Virus record (IMG/VR): IMGVR_UViG_3300020248_000002 | Strand: one strand, 5' to 3' | Source: a virus | Length of the DNA stretch: 64,000 nucleotides | Part shown: piece after piece, positions 39,241 through 48,462 of the stretch | How the letters are laid out: every line of letters begins with the position of its first letter | Position numbering within the stretch: the stretch's first letter is position 1 | The notes under the pieces: generated by a model | Seen by the model: the letters and a program-made list of their open reading frames with translations, nothing else | Database searches by the model: none | Told to the model about the DNA's origin: nothing | Made by a program: the position numbers and the translations under genes

Positions 39241-40700
39241 TGACCCTCATCACAAAGAAGAATGAAGTCTTCTTGCGAGTTGATGCTGATCCACACATCC
39301 ATCAAGAACTATCAGATTATTTTACTTTTGAAGTACCTAATGCAAAATTTTTACAGAAGCAGAGAAGGTACAAATACTGGGACGGAAAGATCAGATTATA
39401 TTCACCTGGAAATGGTGAATTATATGTTGGGTTATATGATTACCTAGTTGAATGGTTAGATAGAAAAGGTTATAATTACAGTGTACAGTCAAACAAACAG
39501 TATGGAGAACCCAATGAGTCGGAAGAATTTGTCACCCCTGAGTCTGTTGCTTCCTTTGTTAGAGGTCTCAATCTGCCTTTCAAGATCAGAGGATACCAAC
39601 TTAGAGGACTTTATTGTAGCATTAAGTATAACCGAAGACTTCTATTATCACCAACTGGATCTGGGAAATCGTTAATCATCTATACTTTAATTAGATGGCA
39701 CTTGTTTCACGAAAGAAATATACTTATTATCGTACCCACTACATCATTAGTAGAACAATTATTCAAAGACTTTCAAGATTATGGATGGAATGCAAGAGAA
39801 CACGTTAACAAAATCTATGCAGGGAAAGAACGTTATAGAGAATCTCCTGTTGTCATTTCTACGTGGCAATCTATCTACAAAGAACCTCGCAATTTCTTTA
39901 ATAGGTTTGATGTTGTTATCGGGGATGAGGCACACCTTTACAAAGCAAAGTCTCTAACAAAATTACTAACCAAAATGCACAGTTGTAAGTATCGTATTGG
40001 TCTTACAGGTACTCTTGATGGTATGCAATGTCATCAATTACAACTAGAAGGATTGTTTGGTCCAGTAGAAAAAGTAATTAGAACTGATGAGTTACAGAAG
40101 AAAGGATACTTATCAGATTTAAAAATAAATGTATTAGTATGTAAGCACGAATATATTGAGTTTGAAAACTATCAGGAAGAGATAGAGTATATAATTACAC
40201 ACCCAAAACGAAATAAGATCATAGTAAACCTAGCGTCAGATCTATCTGGTAATACCCTTGTGCTATTTAATTACATTGAAAGACACGGAGACGTTCTTAG
40301 AGATATGCTAAATAGTAAAAAGGGAGATAAAAAACTCTTTTATATTCACGGAGGAACTGATACTTCTGAACGGGAAATGGTGAGAGAGATATGTGAGGTG
40401 ACTAGCAATGCTATCATTCTTGCATCGTACGGTACATTCAGTACGGGTATTAATATTAAGAACCTACATAATGTAATCTTTGCTTCACCATCCAAGTCTA
40501 GAATCAGAAACCTTCAATCCATAGGAAGGACACTTAGGAAACACGATTCCAAAGCACGTGCTTATCTGTATGACTTTGCTGATGATATTAGTAATGAGTA
40601 CAACCGAAATATGACTTTGAACCATATGGTTTTTAGGATTAAGACATATAATGATGAAAAATTTGACTACTCAGTAACAGAAATTAATCTCAGGAAGTAA
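39240..40700 (+). CDS. uvsW: SF2 helicase UvsW
   Basis: SPTGSGKS; GDEAH; GLTGT; QSIGRTLR. Confidence 0.95.
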   Translation: MTLITKKNEVFLRVDADPHIHQELSDYFTFEVPNAKFLQKQRRYKYWDGKIRLYSPGNGELYVGLYDYLVEWLDRKGYNYSVQSNKQYGEPNESEEFVTPESVASFVRGLNLPFKIRGYQLRGLYCSIKYNRRLLLSPTGSGKSLIIYTLIRWHLFHERNILIIVPTTSLVEQLFKDFQDYGWNAREHVNKIYAGKERYRESPVVISTWQSIYKEPRNFFNRFDVVIGDEAHLYKAKSLTKLLTKMHSCKYRIGLTGTLDGMQCHQLQLEGLFGPVEKVIRTDELQKKGYLSDLKINVLVCKHEYIEFENYQEEIEYIITHPKRNKIIVNLASDLSGNTLVLFNYIERHGDVLRDMLNSKKGDKKLFYIHGGTDTSEREMVREICEVTSNAIILASYGTFSTGINIKNLHNVIFASPSKSRIRNLQSIGRTLRKHDSKARAYLYDFADDISNEYNRNMTLNHMVFRIKTYNDEKFDYSVTEINLRK

Positions 40701-40704
40701 AACA

Positions 40705-41154
40705 ATGTCACTCAATTACGTCAAACACGAAGAAGAATTTTTAGGAGTTGCTAAACTTACTAATGGGGATGAGGTTATTGGTAAGTTTACAGTTGTAAAG
40801 GATACAGATGGTACAGATGTTGTATTCATAGTTGATCCTGCTAAAGTACATCACGGATCAATCAATACAGCAGACGGAAAAAGAACTGAGATGGTTGGTC
40901 TAAAGAGGTGGATGTATTTTTCTGATGAAGAATTTTTTATAGTTCCTGATAATCAAATTATTTCACTTGCTCCGCAGTCGGTCGAGGCGACGATGATGTA
41001 TAAGATGTTTGTTCGTCAAGAGTTTGAACGCACAAGTCTATCAGACTTAAAAGAACAAAACGAACTACCCCCAAATCCTAATCAAGGATTCTTAGGTACT
41101 GTTGAAGATAACCGTAAAAAGTTTGAAGATCTCTTTAATAAACCTTTAGAGTAG
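40705..41154 (+). CDS. conserved hypothetical protein (Sm-like fold likely)
   Basis: KLTNGDEVIG motif; conserved position between uvsW and gp55. Confidence 0.7.
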   Translation: MSLNYVKHEEEFLGVAKLTNGDEVIGKFTVVKDTDGTDVVFIVDPAKVHHGSINTADGKRTEMVGLKRWMYFSDEEFFIVPDNQIISLAPQSVEATMMYKMFVRQEFERTSLSDLKEQNELPPNPNQGFLGTVEDNRKKFEDLFNKPLE

Positions 41155-41186
41155 TTATAACCATCCCTTGAACCCTTACAGTGTTA

Positions 41187-41215
41187 ATTGTACAGATAAT
41201 TGTAACTCTTGTCAA
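41187..41215 (-). promoter_or_regulatory. antisense sigma70-type promoter (TTGACA-N17-TACAAT)
   Basis: TGTCAA at 41210-41215 and ATTGTA at 41187-41192 on the + strand. Confidence 0.6.
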
Positions 41216-41221
41216 CCCCTA

Positions 41222-41250
41222 TTGACGTTTCCTAACAAATAAGGTACTAT
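41222..41250 (+). promoter_or_regulatory. sigma70-type promoter for gp55 (TTGACG-N17-TACTAT)
   Basis: Near-consensus hexamers with a 17-bp spacer. Confidence 0.7.
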
Positions 41251-41274
41251 AAGGTATAGGAAATCTAGTCATCA

Positions 41275-41763
41275 ATGGCGATCTCAATGCCAAGAAGAAA
41301 ACAAAAGAGTCAGCATTACGTTGACAACAAAAAATTTTTAGAAGCACTTATCAATCATAAAGAAAGGATAAAGCGTGCAGCATCTCAGGACAAACCTAAA
41401 CCAAGGATACCAGAGTATGTAGGAGACTGCTTTTTAAAAATCGCGACGCACCTTTCGTATAGACCAAACTTCATAAACTATATGTACAAAGAAGATATGG
41501 TTTCAGATGGTATAGAAAACTGTGTTCAGTATATTGATAACTTTGATCCAAATAAATCTAAGAATCCATTTGCATATTTTACACAAATAGTTTACTTTGC
41601 TTTTTTAAGAAGGATTGCAAAAGAGAAAAGACAGCAATCAATTAGAGAAAAAATTATAGAGAAGTCTGGTTTTGATCAGATCTTCCACACTGACGGTGAT
41701 GTAGATCCTGCTACACTAAACAATATTAAAACTCGTATTGAGATGAACAACAGATACCAATGA
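41275..41763 (+). CDS. gp55: late sigma factor gp55
   Basis: HYVDNKKFL; LSYRPNFINY; NFDPNKSKNPFAYFTQI. Confidence 0.95.
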   Translation: MAISMPRRKQKSQHYVDNKKFLEALINHKERIKRAASQDKPKPRIPEYVGDCFLKIATHLSYRPNFINYMYKEDMVSDGIENCVQYIDNFDPNKSKNPFAYFTQIVYFAFLRRIAKEKRQQSIREKIIEKSGFDQIFHTDGDVDPATLNNIKTRIEMNNRYQ

Positions 41764-41939
41764 AAGTTGATAGGTACTATGATCCATACGAGGATCTTGA
41801 AGCACAATGTCTAGAAGAACTAGAACACATCGCCAAGTCACTAGGCGGTAATATGAAAAAACTGACCAGAGCAGATTACTCTGGAAGATCATCAAAAGTT
41901 ATTGAAATTGAGTATGAAATTAACGAAGGAACTAATTGA
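41760..41939 (+). CDS. 59-aa hypothetical protein (not in ORF track)
   Basis: ATGA overlap with the gp55 stop; MKVDRYYDPYEDL...SGRSSKVIEIEY. Confidence 0.6.
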   Translation: MKVDRYYDPYEDLEAQCLEELEHIAKSLGGNMKKLTRADYSGRSSKVIEIEYEINEGTN

Positions 41940-42207
41940 CAAGATACAAGAAGCAATGCTTCATACCAAGAAAGATGGTACTGTCAACTGGAAAGATACC
42001 GATGAGATTGAGGTACAATTAGCAGGAACATTTGCTGCTGACAGATTTATTGTTATTAAGAACAAAACAAAAGACCCAGTAGTATCTGCTGCACCTCATC
42101 CTGATTTTGATTACGAAAGAAAGGTCTTTACCAAAGATGGTAGAGAAGAGTATATGAAAGAATATGCAACTAAAAGATTACACAATGATATAAAAAAATC
42201 AAAATGA
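41914..42207 (+). CDS. hypothetical protein
   Basis: MKLTKELIDKIQEAML...; stop overlaps the gp47 start. Confidence 0.65.
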   Translation: MKLTKELIDKIQEAMLHTKKDGTVNWKDTDEIEVQLAGTFAADRFIVIKNKTKDPVVSAAPHPDFDYERKVFTKDGREEYMKEYATKRLHNDIKKSK

Positions 42208-43250
42208 AAATTCTTTTAATAACTGATCAGCATTTTGGTGCTAGAAATGACAACCCAATATTCTTGGGTAAATTTAAACAGTTCTATGAACAGATAGTAT
42301 TTCCTTATATTGATAGGAATAATATAGATACTGTATTTTGTTTAGGAGATACGTTTGATAAACGTAAGAGTATAAACTATCTTTCATTAGATGCAACTAG
42401 AGAAATGTGGTTTAAACCTTTACAGGATAGAGGTATCAAGATGTATATGTTGATTGGTAATCACGACATATACTTTAAGAATACTCTGAGAGTAAATGCT
42501 TGTGACCATCTACTTAAAGAATATGATAACTTAGAAATCATAAACAAACCAACAGAAGTAGTATTAGATAATAGAAAATTTCTAATGCTTCCTTGGATTT
42601 GTGACGATAATAAAAATGATATTTACCAAGCAATAGAAGATACAGATGCTACTGCTTGTATGGGACATCTAGAATTATCAGGGTTTGAAGCACTTCCTGG
42701 AATTCGTATGGAACACGGTGAAGATCCTGAGAGGTTTTCTAAGTTTAAATTAACTTGTACAGGTCACTTCCATCACAGATCAAGACAAGATAATATAATG
42801 TATCTCGGTAATCCGTACCAACTTTACTGGAATGACTACGGTGCAATTAGAGGTTTTCACACCCTAAATACTGATGACTTAAGATTAACATTCATTCAAA
42901 ATCCTTTTAATATATTTGAAAAAATATTTTATGATGATACTAATAATGATTATGAAACATTACCAGACCATAAGGAACTGGTAGGAAGTTATGTAAAACT
43001 TGTAGTTCAACAAAAAGATAACCAAAAATTATTTGATCGCTACGTAAAACATTTACAAGACATAGGTGTAGCAGATTTAAAAATTATTGAAGATCTTACT
43101 CTTGAAGCAGTAGAGGTAGATGAGTCTATCAAACTAGAAGACACAATGACTATCTTAGAGAACTATGTTAATGAACTAGAGGATCACATAGATAAGAAAA
43201 ATATTGTTAAAATAGTTAAGTCACTTTACCTAGAAGCACTCAACGTTTAA
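42204..43250 (+). CDS. gp47: recombination endonuclease subunit gp47 (Mre11/SbcD-like)
   Basis: TDQHFG, LGDTFD, GNHD and GHFH metallophosphoesterase motifs. Confidence 0.95.
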   Translation: MKILLITDQHFGARNDNPIFLGKFKQFYEQIVFPYIDRNNIDTVFCLGDTFDKRKSINYLSLDATREMWFKPLQDRGIKMYMLIGNHDIYFKNTLRVNACDHLLKEYDNLEIINKPTEVVLDNRKFLMLPWICDDNKNDIYQAIEDTDATACMGHLELSGFEALPGIRMEHGEDPERFSKFKLTCTGHFHHRSRQDNIMYLGNPYQLYWNDYGAIRGFHTLNTDDLRLTFIQNPFNIFEKIFYDDTNNDYETLPDHKELVGSYVKLVVQQKDNQKLFDRYVKHLQDIGVADLKIIEDLTLEAVEVDESIKLEDTMTILENYVNELEDHIDKKNIVKIVKSLYLEALNV

Positions 43251-43516
43251 TGTACGTCCTAACTGATAAAGCAACTGGAGGAGTCTACGCTGTCACAGAT
43301 GATGAGAAAGATGAAAAGGTTGTGCAAATTTTTGTTGACAAAGATGACGCTATACGCTATTATGGACAGTTAGAGGCATTAGATTATCAACGTCCTTTGC
43401 AAATTCTAGAATTAGAAGAAGAGCAAATTAAGGCAAACTGTGTCAATCACGGTTATATGTATTGTATAATTACTCCTAACGATCTCGTTACCCCTCCTCC
43501 TGATTTAATTTTATGA
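43250..43516 (+). CDS. conserved hypothetical protein
   Basis: F.DKDDAIRY; IITPNDLVTPP; lies between gp47 and gp46. Confidence 0.7.
   Translation: MYVLTDKATGGVYAVTDDEKDEKVVQIFVDKDDAIRYYGQLEALDYQRPLQILELEEEQIKANCVNHGYMYCIITPNDLVTPPPDLIL
43335..43363 (+). promoter_or_regulatory. internal sigma70-type promoter upstream of gp46 (TTGACA-N17-TATTAT)
   Basis: Consensus -35 with a 17-bp spacer. Confidence 0.55.
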
Positions 43517-45228
43517 TTGTATTTGAAAAACTTCGTTGGAAGAATTTATTATCTACAGGCAATCAATTTACAGAATTTAATTTATGCGACACTAGGTCAA
43601 CTCTAGTGATAGGAGGTAATGGCACGGGCAAATCTACAATGCTTGATGCTTTAACTTATGGATTATTTAATAGACCCTTTCGTAAAGTTAGTAAAGGTCT
43701 TTTAGTCAATTCAATTAATGATAAAGATTGTGTAGTAGAGATAGAATTTTCAGTAGGAACAGTTAGTTATAAAGTAGTGCGTGGTATGAAACCCGCTATT
43801 TTTGAGATATATCGTAACGGTGCATTGTTAGATCAAGACGCTGCTAGTAGAGACTATCAAAAATATCTAGAACAATCTGTTCTTAAACTCAACTACAAAT
43901 CATTTACACAAGTGGTTATATTAGGGAGTAGTACATTTGTTCCTTTTATGCAACTTACAGCATCACATAGAAGAGAAGTTATTGAAGATTTACTGGACAT
44001 ACAAATCTTTTCTAATATGAATCTGTTACTAAAGGAACGTGTTAGAGATAATAATGAATCTCTAAGAGATTGTGAATATGAGTTACAGATAGCAGAAGAA
44101 AGAGTTACTGCACAGAAGAGAACTCTAGCAGCATTAACAGGTGCTAACGATGAAAGGATACAAGTATTAGAAGAACAGTTCCAAGAAAATGAAGATAATA
44201 TGATGGCAATAAAAACTAAGATTGAAGAGTTGCAAACATCTATGACAGAACTAGGTGACTTTACAAGTCATATAAACGCTCTTGAATCTAAATGGGAATC
44301 AGCAAAAACTATTGAAACTAAATTAGATACTAAGATTGAAAGAATAGAAAAAGATATACAATTCTTTAATGAACATTCTACTTGCCCTACTTGTACTCAA
44401 GATATTAATGAGTCACTTAGAAATATAAAAGTTAATAATCTTGCAACTAAAGGTAATGAGTTAGACAAAGCACGTGATCAACTTAAGTTAGAGATTGCAA
44501 AGGTACGATCTAAGATGGTTGCATTTACAGAAGCAGCAGATAAGTATGCAGATATGCAAAGAGAAATACATCATCTATTAGATAAACAAGATAGGTTTGT
44601 AAAGACCAATACTAGAATACTAGGAGAGATTAAAAACTTACACGACAAACCTAATATTGCTACAGAGAAACAAACTCTTATGCAAAGACAAGCAGAGTTT
44701 GATGTTAAAGAAGATGCCTGTGCAGAAGTATCAAGACTATCAAGTGACTACAAACTTGTAAGTAGTTTATTGAAAGATGGTGGTATCAAGTCTAAAATTA
44801 TTGCTAAGTATATACCTGTCATCAATCAAAACATTAATAAGTTCCTATCTAATATGGATACTTATATTAACTTTACTCTAGATGAAGAGTTTAATGAAGT
44901 TATAAAATCACGTTACAGGGATAAGTTTTCCTATGCTTCTTTCTCAGAAGGAGAGAAACAAAAGATTGATCTATCACTTCTCTTTACTTGGAGACACGTT
45001 GCTAAGATGAAAAATTCTATTGCTACAAACTTACTTATCTTAGATGAGGTCTTTGATAGTTCTCTTGACAACTATGCTACAGAAGAATTATTAAAGATAC
45101 TAAAGGGATTTGGAGATGCTAATACTTTTATTATCTCACATAAAGGTGAAGTCCTACTTGACAAATTTGAAAAAACAATTAAATTTGATAAGGTAAACAA
45201 TTTTTCTAAATGTGAGGAGATAGAATGA
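43513..45228 (+). CDS. gp46: recombination ATPase subunit gp46 (Rad50/SbcC-like)
   Basis: GGNGTGKS; CPTC zinc hook; FSEGEK; LILDEVFD; ISH. Confidence 0.95.
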   Translation: MIVFEKLRWKNLLSTGNQFTEFNLCDTRSTLVIGGNGTGKSTMLDALTYGLFNRPFRKVSKGLLVNSINDKDCVVEIEFSVGTVSYKVVRGMKPAIFEIYRNGALLDQDAASRDYQKYLEQSVLKLNYKSFTQVVILGSSTFVPFMQLTASHRREVIEDLLDIQIFSNMNLLLKERVRDNNESLRDCEYELQIAEERVTAQKRTLAALTGANDERIQVLEEQFQENEDNMMAIKTKIEELQTSMTELGDFTSHINALESKWESAKTIETKLDTKIERIEKDIQFFNEHSTCPTCTQDINESLRNIKVNNLATKGNELDKARDQLKLEIAKVRSKMVAFTEAADKYADMQREIHHLLDKQDRFVKTNTRILGEIKNLHDKPNIATEKQTLMQRQAEFDVKEDACAEVSRLSSDYKLVSSLLKDGGIKSKIIAKYIPVINQNINKFLSNMDTYINFTLDEEFNEVIKSRYRDKFSYASFSEGEKQKIDLSLLFTWRHVAKMKNSIATNLLILDEVFDSSLDNYATEELLKILKGFGDANTFIISHKGEVLLDKFEKTIKFDKVNNFSKCEEIE

Positions 45229-45377
45229 ACTGTTGGCACTGTGGCACTGAATTGATTTGGGGAGCAGACTTCTCAGGAGAAGATTATGATTTACCTGAGA
45301 TTGCAATAGTCACTAATCTTTCTTGTCCTAAATGTGATTCATATGTAGAGGTCTATTTACCGAAAGACGAAGACTAA
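45225..45377 (+). CDS. 50-aa zinc-ribbon microprotein (not in ORF track)
   Basis: AGGAG SD; overlapping start and stop at both ends; MNCWHCGTELIWG...LSCPKCDSYVEVY. Confidence 0.7.
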   Translation: MNCWHCGTELIWGADFSGEDYDLPEIAIVTNLSCPKCDSYVEVYLPKDED

Positions 45378-45955
45378 TGTTTGACACTCCTTATTACAGA
45401 GGAAATGATGAGTTTAAAATGCACCATCAGTTCCAGAAACATCTACATAGTAGAAGGGATGAATTTTGTGTGCCAGATAATGCTTTTAATGGAACTGGAT
45501 ATTCTACAATAAGATCAGACAATCGTATTCACTTAGAGTATCCTGAGTTTGGTTCATATCTTAATGAAGCAATATCAAAGTATGATGATAAACTACAATG
45601 TACTCACGCTTGGGTTAATATAAATCCACCAGGATCATATCAAACCAGACACAACCACGCTTGTTGTGATATGGCAGGTACATACTATGTGACAGTTCCA
45701 GAAGCAGACTCAGGTAACATACAATTTTATAATCCATCACCTACAGTAGAAGCAATGATGATACACCAACCATATCATTGTTCCACCCATCTTCACATAC
45801 CTACAGAGAAAGACATCCTGATCTGGCCAGGGTTCTTGGACCACGAGGTAACATATAACTATTCAGATGAAGAAAGATGGAGCGTTTCGTTTATGTTATC
45901 TTTAACTCACCTAGATAGATTAGAAAGATTTCCATCTATGTTAGTCTATGATTGA
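45377..45955 (+). CDS. 2OG-Fe(II) oxygenase (HxH type)
   Basis: AWVNIN...HNH...GTYY...WPGFLDHEV...RWSVSF. Confidence 0.8.
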   Translation: MFDTPYYRGNDEFKMHHQFQKHLHSRRDEFCVPDNAFNGTGYSTIRSDNRIHLEYPEFGSYLNEAISKYDDKLQCTHAWVNINPPGSYQTRHNHACCDMAGTYYVTVPEADSGNIQFYNPSPTVEAMMIHQPYHCSTHLHIPTEKDILIWPGFLDHEVTYNYSDEERWSVSFMLSLTHLDRLERFPSMLVYD

Positions 45956-46014
45956 AAGATTTACCGATAACAGCGAGTGGTTGGATAAACTAATCAACGA
46001 TCTGGAAAAGAAAG

Positions 46015-46164
46015 ATGAGTACAAGAGTCCCGAATTGGCAGCATCACTCGAAGAAGGAGACGAAGAGACATCTAAAACCTCAGAAACTAAGAGCAGCAAG
46101 AAAAAGATGTAGACAATTAATAAACCGTCTACTAAGTGTTTCCAAACAGTCAGGGAACGTTTAA
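46015..46164 (+). CDS. 49-aa basic microprotein
   Basis: MSTRVPNWQHHSKKETKRHLKPQKLRAARKR...; resembles a small basic ORF I recall at this position in cyanomyophages (unverified). Confidence 0.5.
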   Translation: MSTRVPNWQHHSKKETKRHLKPQKLRAARKRCRQLINRLLSVSKQSGNV

Positions 46165-46189
46165 TATAGGTGTAACGAAACAAATTCAA

Positions 46190-48382
46190 ATGACTGTTAA
46201 CACTGGAGTAAAAGGCACACTTGCAAAACTACTTGCAACAGAAGACCTTGTTGTTGAGCACAAGACCTGTGAAACTGCATCTTTCGATGTTGCTCGCAGA
46301 GTCCTTACATTACCTAACTGGGAAAAAGCAACTGAAGAAGTATATGATCTTCTAGTAGCACACGAAGTAGGACACGCATTGTTCACACCTAATAGACAAT
46401 GGGATGATTTACCTTGCCCTAAGTCAATCATCAACGTAACAGAAGATGCACGTATTGAGAAGTTGATGAAGAGAAAGTATGGTGGTCTTCCAAAAACATT
46501 TTATAGAGGATACAGAGAACTAGATGCTATGGATTTCTTTATGATTCCTGATGATCAAGATGAGATCAATCTAGTTGACAAGATCAATCTTCACTTCAAG
46601 TCAGGTGCATTTACTCCTATCGAATTTGCTCCAGAGCACGAGTATCTTGTAGACCTTGTAGGTGAAACAGAAACATTTGAAGATGCAATAGAAGCAGCAG
46701 TAGAAATATACAAAGTAATGCAAGAGATTGAAAAGCAAAAAGAACTAGAAAAACTTGCTGAAACAGAAGAAGGAGAAGAAGAAGGTGGTGGTAGTGGAAA
46801 TCTAGGTGAAGGTGAGCAAACACCAGACCTAGAGATCATTGATCCAAATCAACCTTGGGATCAAGGACAGCAGATGCAACAAAAAGGAGTGCAAGAAGGT
46901 AAAGCATCAGGTGGTAATTCTGGTGGTGTAGACTACGATCCATTCCAATCACAAACTGATGAAGCGTTTACTCAAGGAACTAAAGATCTAACAGAAGAAT
47001 CACATTACGGTCGTGATACAGTATATGTTGAACTACCAAAGAAACTAAATCCTGATCACTTTACAGTTGGTGCAGACTATCTTCTAAAGATAAACAGAGA
47101 GCATTACAGTTCTGAGAATGAATTAAAAGAAGAAGGTAAGCAAGCATCCTATGATCAAACTGTTAATGAGTACAACACCTTCTACAAGAAATCACAGAAA
47201 GAAGTAAACTATCTTGTAAAAGAGTTTGAGTGTAAGAAAGCAGCATCATCATATGCTCGTGCTAGAACCTCTCGTACAGGTGTTCTTGATACATCTAAAC
47301 TACACACATACAAGTTTACTGATGACATCTTCAAGAAAGTTACTGTTCTTCCAGAAGGTAAGAATCACGGTATGATCTTCTTATTAGATTGGTCAGGTTC
47401 TATGTCTAATAACATCAGAGAAACTGTAGAGCAGGTTATCCAACTATGTTGGTTCTGTAAAAAAATCAACATCCCATTTGATGTTTACGCATTTACTAAT
47501 GATGGATATGCTGCATCTTATAGAATGGATGTCAATGGTATCAAGAACGACCCAGATCATTATGGATATAAAAGTCTACACGAACCTGTTGTAGGTGAGT
47601 TTGCTCTTGAGAATGGTTTTACATTACTCAATGTAGTATCTTCAAAACAGAAAAAGAGAAACTTTGAAGATGCACTTAAGTACCTTTTCATTAATGCTAC
47701 TGCTAACAACTACAGAAGTTACTACAGTTTCAAAAATGGTTTTGCTGTAAGTTATCAAATGGCACCAGGATTCGGTTTATCAGGTACACCTTTGAATGAA
47801 GCACTTGTATTGATGAAACCTGTTGTAAAAGAATTTTCCAGAAACTTAGACAAAGTTACACTATGTGTTCTTACTGATGGCGAAGGTCAAAATTCTGCTT
47901 ACTACAGCGGTGAGCATACTTATAATAATCGTCCATACGCAAACTCTATGGGTTACAACTGTTCTCTTAGAGATCGTAAACTAGGACGTACTTATGAGAA
48001 GTTTGATGGGTCTGATAAAACTACAAATATTCTCCTTGAGAACTTACGTGAGACATATCCTACTCTCAATATTATTGGGTTCCGTTTACTTGGTTCACGT
48101 GATGGATATAGTTTCTTCTCCAGAACATTTGAGTATGATCAGGAACCAATGGAGAAAGCACAGAAAGCATACAGAAAGGATAAGTATGTTGCTATCACAC
48201 ATACTGGATACCACAAACTATTCGTTATGCCATCTAACAATCAATCAGATACAGAAGAACTATGGGATGACATCAAGGAAGGTTCTTCACGTGCAGAGAT
48301 TACTAGGACATTCAAAAAGATGTTCAAGAACAAAAAGTCTAATAAGAAAATGCACAACTCATTCATAGAGACAGTTGCATAA
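46190..48382 (+). CDS. zincin-like peptidase plus VWA (CobT-like) protein
   Basis: HEVGH (HExxH); NVTEDARIE; MIDAS DWSGSM and LTDGE; start refined to MTVNTG. Confidence 0.85.
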   Translation: MTVNTGVKGTLAKLLATEDLVVEHKTCETASFDVARRVLTLPNWEKATEEVYDLLVAHEVGHALFTPNRQWDDLPCPKSIINVTEDARIEKLMKRKYGGLPKTFYRGYRELDAMDFFMIPDDQDEINLVDKINLHFKSGAFTPIEFAPEHEYLVDLVGETETFEDAIEAAVEIYKVMQEIEKQKELEKLAETEEGEEEGGGSGNLGEGEQTPDLEIIDPNQPWDQGQQMQQKGVQEGKASGGNSGGVDYDPFQSQTDEAFTQGTKDLTEESHYGRDTVYVELPKKLNPDHFTVGADYLLKINREHYSSENELKEEGKQASYDQTVNEYNTFYKKSQKEVNYLVKEFECKKAASSYARARTSRTGVLDTSKLHTYKFTDDIFKKVTVLPEGKNHGMIFLLDWSGSMSNNIRETVEQVIQLCWFCKKINIPFDVYAFTNDGYAASYRMDVNGIKNDPDHYGYKSLHEPVVGEFALENGFTLLNVVSSKQKKRNFEDALKYLFINATANNYRSYYSFKNGFAVSYQMAPGFGLSGTPLNEALVLMKPVVKEFSRNLDKVTLCVLTDGEGQNSAYYSGEHTYNNRPYANSMGYNCSLRDRKLGRTYEKFDGSDKTTNILLENLRETYPTLNIIGFRLLGSRDGYSFFSRTFEYDQEPMEKAQKAYRKDKYVAITHTGYHKLFVMPSNNQSDTEELWDDIKEGSSRAEITRTFKKMFKNKKSNKKMHNSFIETVA

Positions 48383-48403
48383 CCAATTATATTAGTGTCA
48401 CAC

Positions 48404-48438
48404 AACCCCCTTGAAAGGGGGTTTTTTATTGCTATTGT
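48404..48438 (+). terminator. terminator hairpin overlapping a putative early promoter for cobS
   Basis: AACCCCCTT-GA-AAGGGGGTT plus T-run; TTGAAA...TGcTATTGT overlaps it. Confidence 0.6.
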
Positions 48439-48462
48439 ATATACATAGACACAAGACAACTA

